DNA of 64,000 nt from a virus. Shown here piece by piece: positions 9,117 to 17,450 of this stretch. A program made the translations under genes and the position numbers. Position 1 is the first letter of the stretch, and each line of letters starts with the position of its first letter. The stretch is taken from positions 23 through 64,022 of the IMG/VR virus record IMGVR_UViG_3300031565_000018; one strand, given 5' to 3'. Below the pieces are notes generated by a model that did not search any database, was not told the origin of the DNA, and worked only from the letters and a program-made list of their open reading frames with translations.

Positions 9117-11012
9117 ATGAAGATCTTTCTCGCATCAAACCAAGATCAGTTCGATCAGGCTCTTAAAGAACTTCAAACGATTCCAAAGCTTTGCCTTGAC
9201 TTCGAAACCACGGGGTTAGACGCCCGTATAGCCAAGGCAAGACTGCTTCAGCTCTGCAGCACTGATGACAAGATCGAAGACAGGACTGTCTACGTTCTTG
9301 ATTTCTTTAAGATCCCTTCGACTGAGGGTCTCAAGGAGCTTATTGAATCCAGAGAGATGCTCCTCGGGCACAACCTCAACTTCGATCTCCAGTTTCTGCT
9401 GGCAATGGGGATCGACTTTAAGGGAAAGATTTTTGATACCTTTATCGCGGAAAAGTGCCTCCGCGCTGGCTTTAAGGAGAAGCGGATATCGCCACAGGCA
9501 AAGAAGGCGTACTTCGCAGACGTCTCATGTTCGTTGAAAGCAGTGGTTGAGAGGCGCTTGGAGCTGGAGATCTCGAAGGAGCAGCAGGTAAGCGACTGGA
9601 GCAAAGAGGATCTCGATATTGAACAGATTGAATACGCAGCTAAAGACGTCGACCTACTCCCAGCTATAGCTGCAGACCAGCTGAAGGAACTCGTCGAAGA
9701 ATCCTTAGTCGATGTCTACGGACTGGAGTCGAAATGTATTCGCCCAGTGGCATTAATGTGCCATAGAGGATTTAACGTAGATGTTAGTAAGTTAGTAGCA
9801 CTAAAAGAAACTATTACCGAAGAGCTAAACGAAGTTACTATAGAATTTTGCACTGAGCTTGACCAGGCACTTCCTCCGGGACTGAAACTTCCGCGCAACC
9901 TAGATGGAACACTGGCTATCGGAAAGCGACAGCGAAAGGATTTCAATCCGGGATCTGGTGTGCAGTGCATCAGGTGCTTCGAGGCTCTCGGTGTTGAACT
10001 ACCCATCGCTCCAGCAACAGGCAAACCAACGCTTAATCAAGTCACCTTGTCGGAATTCGACAGTGACGACAAATTTTTGAACCTCTATCGAAAGCGCACA
10101 AAGATCGAGACCAAACTGGAGCACGTCGAAAAACTCCTTTCGAACATCAACCCTGTATCCCAGCGGATACACAGCGGATACAACCAGTACGGAGCTAACT
10201 CAGGACGCTTTACGTCCTCTGGAGCTAAAAAAGTCACAGCGAAAAAGACCAAAGACCACTTCGCTATCAACGCTCAGCAAATCCCACGGGGATCAGAGTT
10301 CAGGGAGTGTTTCGTAGCGACCCCTGGGTACGAGCTGATCATCTGCGACTTCAGTCAGATTGAGCTTCGCTTGGGCGCAGAGCTGATCAATATCCCTCAG
10401 ATGATCAAGGCTTTCCAAGAGGGTCATGACCTTCATACGGTTACAGCAAGCCTGATCTACCAAGTCCCACTCGAGGAGGTCAAAAAACACCAAAGACAAG
10501 ACGGCAAGACGCTCAACTTCGCGCTGCTGTACGGCATGGGCTACCGCAAATACAAAACGTATGCAGCGCAATCAGGGAAAGTGATATCACTATCGGAAGC
10601 TAAGGTCGCTCACTCCGCTTTCCACAGGGCATATCCGCGACTCAAGCAGTGGCACAGGGAACGCGCAGCGCTTGTCGAGGATGGGTGGACTTACGTCAGG
10701 ACTCCAACTGGAAGGCGCAGGTTGCTGAGTTACGACGATGCGATGATGACCGTCAGCGCAAACACCTTGATCCAAGGAGCAGGAGCGGACATCCTCAAGC
10801 TGTCTCTGGCTAAGTTGAACGAACATCTAGGCGAAGATGCGTTCCTTGTAGCATGTGTTCACGATGAAATTGTGTTGGAAACTAAGCAAGATAAAGTAAA
10901 ACAATACAAAGAAATTCTCGAGCGATGCATGCTCGAGGCTGCGGAGACTATCCTCAAAGTCGTGCCCGCAAAAGCGGACGCCAGCACTGGACCTACATGG
11001 GCGGAGAAGTAA
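9117..11012 (+). CDS. polA: DNA polymerase family A with 3'-5' exonuclease domain
   Basis: Exo I DFETTG, Exo II HNLNFD, Exo III YAAKD; motif A DFSQIELR, motif B RQDGKTLNFALLYG (Phe at the 762-equivalent), motif C VHDEIV. Confidence 0.96.
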   Translation: MKIFLASNQDQFDQALKELQTIPKLCLDFETTGLDARIAKARLLQLCSTDDKIEDRTVYVLDFFKIPSTEGLKELIESREMLLGHNLNFDLQFLLAMGIDFKGKIFDTFIAEKCLRAGFKEKRISPQAKKAYFADVSCSLKAVVERRLELEISKEQQVSDWSKEDLDIEQIEYAAKDVDLLPAIAADQLKELVEESLVDVYGLESKCIRPVALMCHRGFNVDVSKLVALKETITEELNEVTIEFCTELDQALPPGLKLPRNLDGTLAIGKRQRKDFNPGSGVQCIRCFEALGVELPIAPATGKPTLNQVTLSEFDSDDKFLNLYRKRTKIETKLEHVEKLLSNINPVSQRIHSGYNQYGANSGRFTSSGAKKVTAKKTKDHFAINAQQIPRGSEFRECFVATPGYELIICDFSQIELRLGAELINIPQMIKAFQEGHDLHTVTASLIYQVPLEEVKKHQRQDGKTLNFALLYGMGYRKYKTYAAQSGKVISLSEAKVAHSAFHRAYPRLKQWHRERAALVEDGWTYVRTPTGRRRLLSYDDAMMTVSANTLIQGAGADILKLSLAKLNEHLGEDAFLVACVHDEIVLETKQDKVKQYKEILERCMLEAAETILKVVPAKADASTGPTWAEK

Positions 11013-11320
11013 TGACCACGGTGACCAAGCGAAAAAAACCTGACCCCAAGTTCAAGTTCAAAGCGGGAGACAGGGTCAAAGAGATTCGTAAGTTCCAGCA
11101 CAACGTCACCAACCCGTTTAATAGAAAAACTGATCGCATTAAGAAGTGCCTTGAGATCGCAGCCAACCAACGTATAGGCACCGTGCTCAGGACTTTTTTA
11201 AAACCAAATCAAAACGGTGCTCGACACGTCTATGTCGAAGTGCTCTGGGACGGATTCAAGACCCCTTCAGAACACTTGCAAATTCGGCTAGCCCCACTCG
11301 ACTCACCGCCAGAAGACTGA
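11012..11320 (+). CDS. Basic hypothetical protein, possible SH3/KOW-like fold
   Basis: ATG 11012 overlaps the polymerase stop; KFKAGDRV...VEVLWDG pattern. Confidence 0.6.
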   Translation: MTTVTKRKKPDPKFKFKAGDRVKEIRKFQHNVTNPFNRKTDRIKKCLEIAANQRIGTVLRTFLKPNQNGARHVYVEVLWDGFKTPSEHLQIRLAPLDSPPED

Positions 11321-11351
11321 TAAGGTCATCGACAGCAGATCAGACCACTTC

Positions 11352-11870
11352 GTGGAAATTACAAAAATTCTAAAAACCACTGATAAAACTATATTTACAG
11401 CCAAAACAGATGAAGGTTATGTGGGCTGTGTAAGAAAAGAAGAGTACGTATGCTTTACCGTAGACGTATATGACTCAGTACTAAAGGCGGCAAACGGAGC
11501 ACGAAGTTTAGAAAAAAAACTCAGGGGTGCTCAGGTAAGCAGCAAACCTGCAAAAGATAAAAAAATTCAAATAACTACCAAAAGTAAAAAAAAGAAAGTA
11601 AGGTGTTCGGAAAAGCTCTACACCCTTGCGGACACCCAAGCGATGCCGCTTCTTAGTTTCCAAGAGGTGTGGGTCATCGTAAGAGGTGAGGAGTACGTAA
11701 GCGACTGCCTAAATAAAGAGAAGAAGAAGCTGGTTTCGTTCACCAGCGAAAGGGAAAGCGCTAAATACTTTGTTGACCACGAGAAAGCAAAAATGACAAT
11801 GCGAGTGCTTAAAGGTGTCGTAGGTCCTGGGTTCGATCTAAAGCGATTCTTTATTCAACTGAAGCCTTAG
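11352..11870 (+). CDS. Lysine-rich hypothetical protein
   Basis: 172-aa ORF. Confidence 0.65.
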   Translation: MEITKILKTTDKTIFTAKTDEGYVGCVRKEEYVCFTVDVYDSVLKAANGARSLEKKLRGAQVSSKPAKDKKIQITTKSKKKKVRCSEKLYTLADTQAMPLLSFQEVWVIVRGEEYVSDCLNKEKKKLVSFTSERESAKYFVDHEKAKMTMRVLKGVVGPGFDLKRFFIQLKP

Positions 11871-11892
11871 ACTGAATAAAAATCTAGGTTTC

Positions 11893-12165
11893 ATGGCTCG
11901 CTTCGCAGGAGATTACTTTGGGTTCGCCTTAACACCTCAGAGCGACAGTGGTTCCGAGCTAATTAAATACTACCCAGAGCTGGCTCAAGTCGGTAAAGCA
12001 AAGAAGAAAACAGCTTTCGAGCAGTTCGAATCAGACCAAACTCGTTACAGCGCCCCGAAAACTCCAGAAGCTTTTGGAGGTTTCCGACAGTTTGAGAAGA
12101 AGGAAGACGCAGAAAGCGCACCACCCTCCTTCGGAGGCATGCCTTCGTACACCGCAAGATATTAA
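11893..12165 (+). CDS. Hypothetical protein starting MARFAG
   Basis: 90-aa ORF with ATG start. Confidence 0.65.
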   Translation: MARFAGDYFGFALTPQSDSGSELIKYYPELAQVGKAKKKTAFEQFESDQTRYSAPKTPEAFGGFRQFEKKEDAESAPPSFGGMPSYTARY

Positions 12166-12214
12166 ATTACGTCGCGGGAATTATCTTATACTGGAGCCAA
12201 AGACAAAGTAGACG

Positions 12215-13288
12215 ATGACCGCTTCTCGCTATAAGGCTCCTAAAGGTTTCCTTGCGGGAAACCGTTTTGGCCTGAACCTCTTTGATCTTTTTAAAGAAGA
12301 TGAAGAAGGCGACGGTTACTCCCTGAGCGGGTTTGAGGGTCTTGCTCCTTCGTTCACCACGCAGAACCTCGAGAAAGGTCGGGGCGGTGTTGTTGGTTAT
12401 AAAACGAGTCCTGCTGCTCCTAAGTTCTCGCGGGTATCCACCTTTTCTTTAACGCCTGAACAAGGCGTTTCGGGAGGGCCTTCCTCGGCGACGGCAACCG
12501 CAACAATCGAAGCCCCTGAGGTCGAGGAAAAACCCGAGGAGTTAGATCTGGGTCCCTTGGCCGCAAAGTACGGTGCCACGGGGCTGTTCGGCCACATGGA
12601 TTACATGAAGGCAAAGGAGCAGGGATATAGCAACGAACAAATTAGTGACTGGATGAGGAAGAATCCTCAACTAGTGCAGAGCACTAATCAACCGGGTGCT
12701 GGCTCCCAGAGCCTCTATGAACAAATTATTCGAGGCAAAGTAGACACCTCGATGGGTCAGACCCGTGAGTGGGCTAATGCTCAGGCAGCTTTCCAACCCC
12801 CCGGTGGGGAGCTCGGTGCTACACAGGCTTTTAGGGAAGCTCGGACCTACGAAAACGCACCTCAAGTCTCCGCGAGGTTTGGTCAAGACCCGACTTATTT
12901 CGGCGCAGAGGACCTGAAAGCCGCACGGATGTCTGGCTACAGCGACACGGGCATCAAGGACTTCTTAGAGGAAAACATCAATCTGCTTCGCGGGCAGAAC
13001 GTTCCCGGAGGCAGCACTGAACTCGGACAACTGACTGCCGAGTTTAAGCAGCCCGAACCGCAGCCTTCGAATGGTGGTGGCGGTGGAAGCTCTGCACCAT
13101 CCATTAGTGCAGGAGCAGGTCAGAGCGCAGAGTACTTCGGCCACGCAGATGTAGAGGCAGCTAAATCGGGCGGTGCTTCTAACGAACAGATTGCTGAATT
13201 CATCAAACAGAATCAGAATCTGTTACGTGGAGGCAACGTCGCTGGTGGCGGTGGTCTCTACGACGAGTACAAGCAGTACATGCGATGA
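12215..13288 (+). CDS. Gly-rich protein with three internal ~33-aa helical repeats; possible internal virion protein
   Basis: LFGHMDYMKAKEQGYSNEQI / YFGAEDLKAARMSGYSDTGI / YFGHADVEAAKSGGASNEQI. Confidence 0.7.
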   Translation: MTASRYKAPKGFLAGNRFGLNLFDLFKEDEEGDGYSLSGFEGLAPSFTTQNLEKGRGGVVGYKTSPAAPKFSRVSTFSLTPEQGVSGGPSSATATATIEAPEVEEKPEELDLGPLAAKYGATGLFGHMDYMKAKEQGYSNEQISDWMRKNPQLVQSTNQPGAGSQSLYEQIIRGKVDTSMGQTREWANAQAAFQPPGGELGATQAFREARTYENAPQVSARFGQDPTYFGAEDLKAARMSGYSDTGIKDFLEENINLLRGQNVPGGSTELGQLTAEFKQPEPQPSNGGGGGSSAPSISAGAGQSAEYFGHADVEAAKSGGASNEQIAEFIKQNQNLLRGGNVAGGGGLYDEYKQYMR

Positions 13289-13419
13289 AACTCATCAAGC
13301 AGGTTAAAGATCGGTTGAGGGTGTGGCGGACGCTGTGTCCTCTCCTCTTTGCTCCTGCTTGGAACGTTAATCTGATGCTAAAACAGGCTGCGGACTGGCA
13401 GCCGAATGACGTTTATTAA
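13285..13419 (+). CDS. Possible 44-aa protein (MKLIKQVKDRLRVWRTLCPLL...)
   Basis: ATGA overlap with the upstream stop; fills the intergenic gap. Confidence 0.35.
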   Translation: MKLIKQVKDRLRVWRTLCPLLFAPAWNVNLMLKQAADWQPNDVY

Positions 13420-13963
13420 GTACTGTCTGATTCTCGAACGAGACAATCAAGAGATAGCACTTGATCTGACAGCAAACGACGGAAGCCACGCTCAGGCTCA
13501 GGCGTCCGATATTGCCAGGGCTTTAAAGGCAGATGCTTTCTCGCTGACCTATGAGGAGATCGCTCCCTGCAAACTCAGCGAGCTATTTAGAAGACTCGCC
13601 TACAGCGATTTCCCCAAGAAAGAATGCTGCCCCTGGACGGGTAGCTACACGAACGGAACGCCTGCCATATACGCACTCAAGAGAAGGTACTACGTGCGCA
13701 GATTAGTACAAGATTACTTAGACATCGGTAAGGATGTGTTTGTGATGAACAGTTGCAAACGGAAGAACTGTGTGAACCCCTTCCACAATTCTTACAAGAA
13801 CATGAAGGCGTCCAAAACCACTGGCGCTGACAAGGATTTAGCCTTAGCCTTCGCTAGCCAAGGCGTCCCTGTCAAAGAGATCGCCAAGGCGCTTAAAGTC
13901 CACACTTCAACGGTATACCGAATCCTCAAACATGAACGTTTTTATTCTTGGACTCAAAGTTAA
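13406..13963 (+). CDS. HNH_3-like Zn-finger domain plus C-terminal HTH; catalytic His apparently lost
   Basis: CCPWTG...VMNSCKRKNCVNPFH followed by VKEIAKALKVHTSTVYRILK. Confidence 0.7.
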   Translation: MTFIKYCLILERDNQEIALDLTANDGSHAQAQASDIARALKADAFSLTYEEIAPCKLSELFRRLAYSDFPKKECCPWTGSYTNGTPAIYALKRRYYVRRLVQDYLDIGKDVFVMNSCKRKNCVNPFHNSYKNMKASKTTGADKDLALAFASQGVPVKEIAKALKVHTSTVYRILKHERFYSWTQS

Positions 13964-14576
13964 AGATGAACCGCTCGAAGATGAAGGCACTGTGAACGTC
14001 AATGCGGTTGCATTGCCCTCGAGTGACAAGAAGACGACCACGAAGATCTCTCTCGTACAGAAAGCAGATCACTATGTGGGAAAGCTTCTGAAGGAACTTA
14101 AAGAAGACGAAACCTTCCTCGCGATCGGACCTACTAAGTCAGACCCCGATGGAATTCTGAAGATGCAGCCGATCCTGATTGTCCGTAAGGACAACTGGGA
14201 TGACTTGCTCGCCGTCAATCTCTTCCTGGCCACTGGTGGTCTCGGACCCAAAGCAGAGGAAACTCAACTAGGGGACGCCACTGTTACCAACAGGTCTATC
14301 GCCTGGCGCGAGGAAGAACAAGAGACTTCTTGGATGAAACTGAGCTGCTGGAACGAACTCTCCGGTCAGCTCGCAGAACTTCCACCCGGAACACCGACTA
14401 TTGCTGTCGGTCGGGTCAGCACCTCGGAGAAAGAGGAGAAGAAGTTCATCAACTACGGAGTAGACAAGATCGTCTACCTGCCACGGACTCAGCGTTCCGC
14501 ACCCAAAAAAGCTGCCGATCCCGAAAAGGGTCGCGTTTCAACTGCCGCTCTCGGTTCTCTGGATTTTTCGCTCTGA
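13932..14576 (+). CDS. ssb: Single-stranded DNA-binding protein, tandem OB folds
   Basis: Second half NRSIAW...TSWMKLSCWNELSGQLAEL..GTPTIAVGRV matches the SSB OB pattern; first half is of similar size. Confidence 0.65.
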   Translation: MNVFILGLKVKDEPLEDEGTVNVNAVALPSSDKKTTTKISLVQKADHYVGKLLKELKEDETFLAIGPTKSDPDGILKMQPILIVRKDNWDDLLAVNLFLATGGLGPKAEETQLGDATVTNRSIAWREEEQETSWMKLSCWNELSGQLAELPPGTPTIAVGRVSTSEKEEKKFINYGVDKIVYLPRTQRSAPKKAADPEKGRVSTAALGSLDFSL

Positions 14577-14582
14577 TTCGTC

Positions 14583-15407
14583 ATGGTTTTTATCGCAGGC
14601 AAATTTTCGGCTGATGAAATTCTCTGCCAAGTACCGCCGCACACGCTCCGCATCGATCTTCAAGCGCGTCGTTGGAAGTCCGACACTGACCCTGACGCGG
14701 CCATCGTGGACAGCAACGACAATGGTATCCCCATCGAGTTTGTCCTACTTGGGTTCACGCCGTTTTTTGGCAACCTTGGCATGCGCTCGCATGAGGAGTT
14801 TATTCGTATTAGTTACATCGGTGTTACACCTTCTCACCGTCTTCTTCCTCCACGCTGCGTTTGCACGAGCATCATTAGTGGTAAGTCGAGCCAGAAGAAC
14901 TTTATTTCGTTCTTCCAGACGCTCTACAACAACCGTATCAATGTTGGTGAGGTGATTACCAGCACCAAGTTTGTGCAAAAATCTTTCACTGAAAGGGACC
15001 CTGTGACAGGTGCTGATGGTGCCAAGATCAATTACAACGCTCTTGAATTCAAAGATCGCCCTGCACAGAGCGACGACGAGAAGAAACTCATTGAAGACAT
15101 CTCGAACTGGCTGGAGTCGGATGGAGGAGAGCTGGTATCAGCTGCACTTCGTTCTCATATCCCCGGTGCGAATCTGGTTGAGCTTCCTCTGGGAGAAGAT
15201 CACGCGGCGCTGAAGGCTTCCTTCATGGAAGCCAACCCGAAGCGTCTTGAAGGAGAGGCTCCTGCTTCTCTCCAGTCTCTCCCTCCCTCAGCAGGCGACC
15301 CCAAGAAAGCCAAGGCAGAGCCTCCCTCTGCAGACAAGAAGAGCGCTCCCAAGGAGCTGACCGACGACCAGAAAGCAGCCCTCAAGGCCGCTGGGTTAGA
15401 GTTCTGA
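14583..15407 (+). CDS. Hypothetical replication/recombination protein with low-complexity C-terminal tail
   Basis: 274-aa ORF after ssb, ending at a terminator. Confidence 0.65.
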   Translation: MVFIAGKFSADEILCQVPPHTLRIDLQARRWKSDTDPDAAIVDSNDNGIPIEFVLLGFTPFFGNLGMRSHEEFIRISYIGVTPSHRLLPPRCVCTSIISGKSSQKNFISFFQTLYNNRINVGEVITSTKFVQKSFTERDPVTGADGAKINYNALEFKDRPAQSDDEKKLIEDISNWLESDGGELVSAALRSHIPGANLVELPLGEDHAALKASFMEANPKRLEGEAPASLQSLPPSAGDPKKAKAEPPSADKKSAPKELTDDQKAALKAAGLEF

Positions 15408-15428
15408 ACTCCTTGCAACCGCACCCAC

Positions 15429-15456
15429 GGGGAGGCGACAGCCTCTCCTTTTTTTT
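15429..15456 (+). terminator. Intrinsic terminator
   Basis: GGGGAGGC-GACA-GCCTCTCC then an 8-nt T tract. Confidence 0.8.
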
Positions 15457-15458
15457 GG

Positions 15459-15695
15459 CTACATGCTGATCAGGTCGCCGAAGCAAGGAAGATCGACATC
15501 ATTCGTGAGGCACCACTTAACGATATTTTCAAGCAAAGCACCCCGAATTAAATAGTTGGCGTAGACTATGCTGAGCGCCTCAGCTGTTTCTTTGGTCTCA
15601 AGTTTAGCTAAAGAGTCCTGAAACCTACGAAGCGCAAAATCTTGCTCAAGAGTCATGTAACTCCTCAGCGTCTCAACCATATCTTTCTCTGCCAT
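15459..15695 (-). CDS. nblA: NblA-like phycobilisome degradation adaptor, copy 1
   Basis: MTLEQDFALRRF...ALSIVY...LIRGALLENIVK aligns without gaps to the NblA pattern LSLEQQFSIRSF...FLVKLY...VREATYQELLK. Confidence 0.75.
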   Translation of the reverse strand: MAEKDMVETLRSYMTLEQDFALRRFQDSLAKLETKETAEALSIVYANYLIRGALLENIVKWCLTNDVDLPCFGDLISM

Positions 15696-16227
15696 GTCCT
15701 TCTATCAAGTCCCTAAATTTGTTTTCGACCCTATCGGGAAGTCGGGTCTCTGTTATGGAAACATTTTACTTCCTTCAGATTTCACAGGAGGCCTCAAAAA
15801 ACAAGTAGAGAAGTACAGTGTCGACAGTGTTACTACAAACGAACACCCTGACAATATTGAAGACCCCGAATGGTGGGAAGCTCAAAGAGGAAGGTTTGAC
15901 TGGGTCATCGCCATTACCCAGGGATTAGGTGATAAGACAAACTGGATACTTGAGTACGGTCTGGACGTGACACGACACGGGGTGATCGTGCTCGATCGGT
16001 TGTCCCTGCTAGAGCCCACGCGGAAGCGAGAGTCGTTTCTTAAAGAAAGTAACCTTGTAAACCTAAAGATTCTCAGTCCTCGTCCGTCATTTCGTGCGGA
16101 TAACAAACAACTAAAAGACTCTGTGACTTCTGCGTGGTTTGTGTTCTTTCCACTAGGAGCAGCACCTACTAATACAACTATTGAATACGAAGTAGGCTGG
16201 CAGCAACCAAAAATCTTAGCCCCGTGA
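15694..16227 (+). CDS. Degenerate DNA amino-methyltransferase homologue
   Basis: FDWVI, LDRLSLLEPT..R, RPSF, DSVTSAWFV match a small phage MTase family; the NPPF position reads ITQG. Confidence 0.62.
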   Translation: MSFYQVPKFVFDPIGKSGLCYGNILLPSDFTGGLKKQVEKYSVDSVTTNEHPDNIEDPEWWEAQRGRFDWVIAITQGLGDKTNWILEYGLDVTRHGVIVLDRLSLLEPTRKRESFLKESNLVNLKILSPRPSFRADNKQLKDSVTSAWFVFFPLGAAPTNTTIEYEVGWQQPKILAP

Positions 16228-16538
16228 GCAAGCAGCTCCTTCACAAGCTTGATCAGATCAGCGAGCTGCTCAAAGAGCAGAACGTAAAGCTGGATAAGAT
16301 CACCGGTCTGATGGCCGGAAACCAGCTACTGACGGAATGTGTTGACTACGAAGGTAAAGCTCGAGGACCTGAAGCGTGTGCGGAGATTGTGCTCGAGGGA
16401 TTCTCAGCAGCACTTTGCTTGATGTCTGAGCTAGATCAGAGAAATCGTGAGTATCAGTATCAAAAGCAGGAGTTCTTCTTGGAGACGGAGGACGACGAGG
16501 AGGAGCCAGGTTCAAACGAAATGACCGGAATTTTCTGA
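16224..16538 (+). CDS. Hypothetical acidic coiled-coil protein
   Basis: 104-aa ORF overlapping the upstream stop. Confidence 0.62.
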   Translation: MSKQLLHKLDQISELLKEQNVKLDKITGLMAGNQLLTECVDYEGKARGPEACAEIVLEGFSAALCLMSELDQRNREYQYQKQEFFLETEDDEEEPGSNEMTGIF

Positions 16539-16549
16539 CTTGTAAAGAA

Positions 16550-17332
16550 GTGTCTGATACTAGAGTAACTGTAAACGGACTACGACATTACGTTTGTAAT
16601 GGTGTACCTAAGCCACTTCCGTCGGTAACGTCGATACTTAGCGCGACGCAATCAGAGGCCACGCGGAAGAAACTTGCTCACTGGAACAAGATGAATCCCG
16701 GTGGGGCTGAACAAGCAGCCGAACGAGGGACCTGGATCCACAACAGTGTGGAGAACTATCTTCGAGGTCTCAGGGTCGTTCCTCCAGAGATGTATCGTCT
16801 CTACTGGGAGGGGATGCCTGAACTCCTAGACAATCTTCTCGAGGGAGGCAGAGTTCTTTGGTCCGAACAACCGTTCAACCAACCAGCCTGGTCAAAGTAC
16901 GTCGGTGACGACGGAGTCGGCAGGATCCACTACTACGACCCCGAAACCGGTCACGGATATGCAGGCTGCTGTGATCTCATCTACATGGATCGAAACGCAG
17001 ACATAATCCTTGCCGACTTTAAAACTAGCAACGGTCCCTACTCAGCTAGATTCCCCAAGAAGGATCAGAATCTCGACGAAAAAACCAAAAGGGCACTCAT
17101 CTCAGGAGTGTTTAAAACGAAGAAGACAAGACTACAGCTGGCCGCTTATAAAGCTGCAGCAGAAGCCTGCTTCGGAATTAAAATTAAAAAGACTCAGATC
17201 ATTGTTACCACGGCGATCAAAGAGTACAACACTCAAATATTCACTTTTAACGAGGAAGATGTAGAGAAAGATGAGGCAAGTTGGTTTGAAGTCGTAAAAC
17301 AGTATTACGACAATCAGAACGCTTTACCTTAG
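16550..17332 (+). CDS. PD-(D/E)xK exonuclease (Cas4/MGME1-like phage exonuclease)
   Basis: LPSVTSIL, ERGTWIH, YAGCCDL, DFKTS, QLAAY motifs. Confidence 0.85.
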   Translation: MSDTRVTVNGLRHYVCNGVPKPLPSVTSILSATQSEATRKKLAHWNKMNPGGAEQAAERGTWIHNSVENYLRGLRVVPPEMYRLYWEGMPELLDNLLEGGRVLWSEQPFNQPAWSKYVGDDGVGRIHYYDPETGHGYAGCCDLIYMDRNADIILADFKTSNGPYSARFPKKDQNLDEKTKRALISGVFKTKKTRLQLAAYKAAAEACFGIKIKKTQIIVTTAIKEYNTQIFTFNEEDVEKDEASWFEVVKQYYDNQNALP

Positions 17333-17409
17333 GGAAGGTTAGTGACAAAATAACTGAACCCAGGGGAAAGGAAGGGCGGGCGCTCCATAATCTTTTTAGG
17401 TTTGCAGCC

Positions 17410-17438
17410 TTGGCTTTTTTGCGCACCAGCGCCATAAT
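17410..17438 (+). promoter_or_regulatory. Possible sigma70 promoter for the primase-helicase
   Basis: TTGGCT, 17 nt, CATAAT. Confidence 0.4.
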
Positions 17439-17450
17439 ACACGTCACTCC

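Noticed and set aside
16550-17332. Cas4-like nuclease as a sign of CRISPR or anti-CRISPR activity
   Set aside because: No Fe-S cysteine set and no array; it matches ordinary phage replication exonucleases
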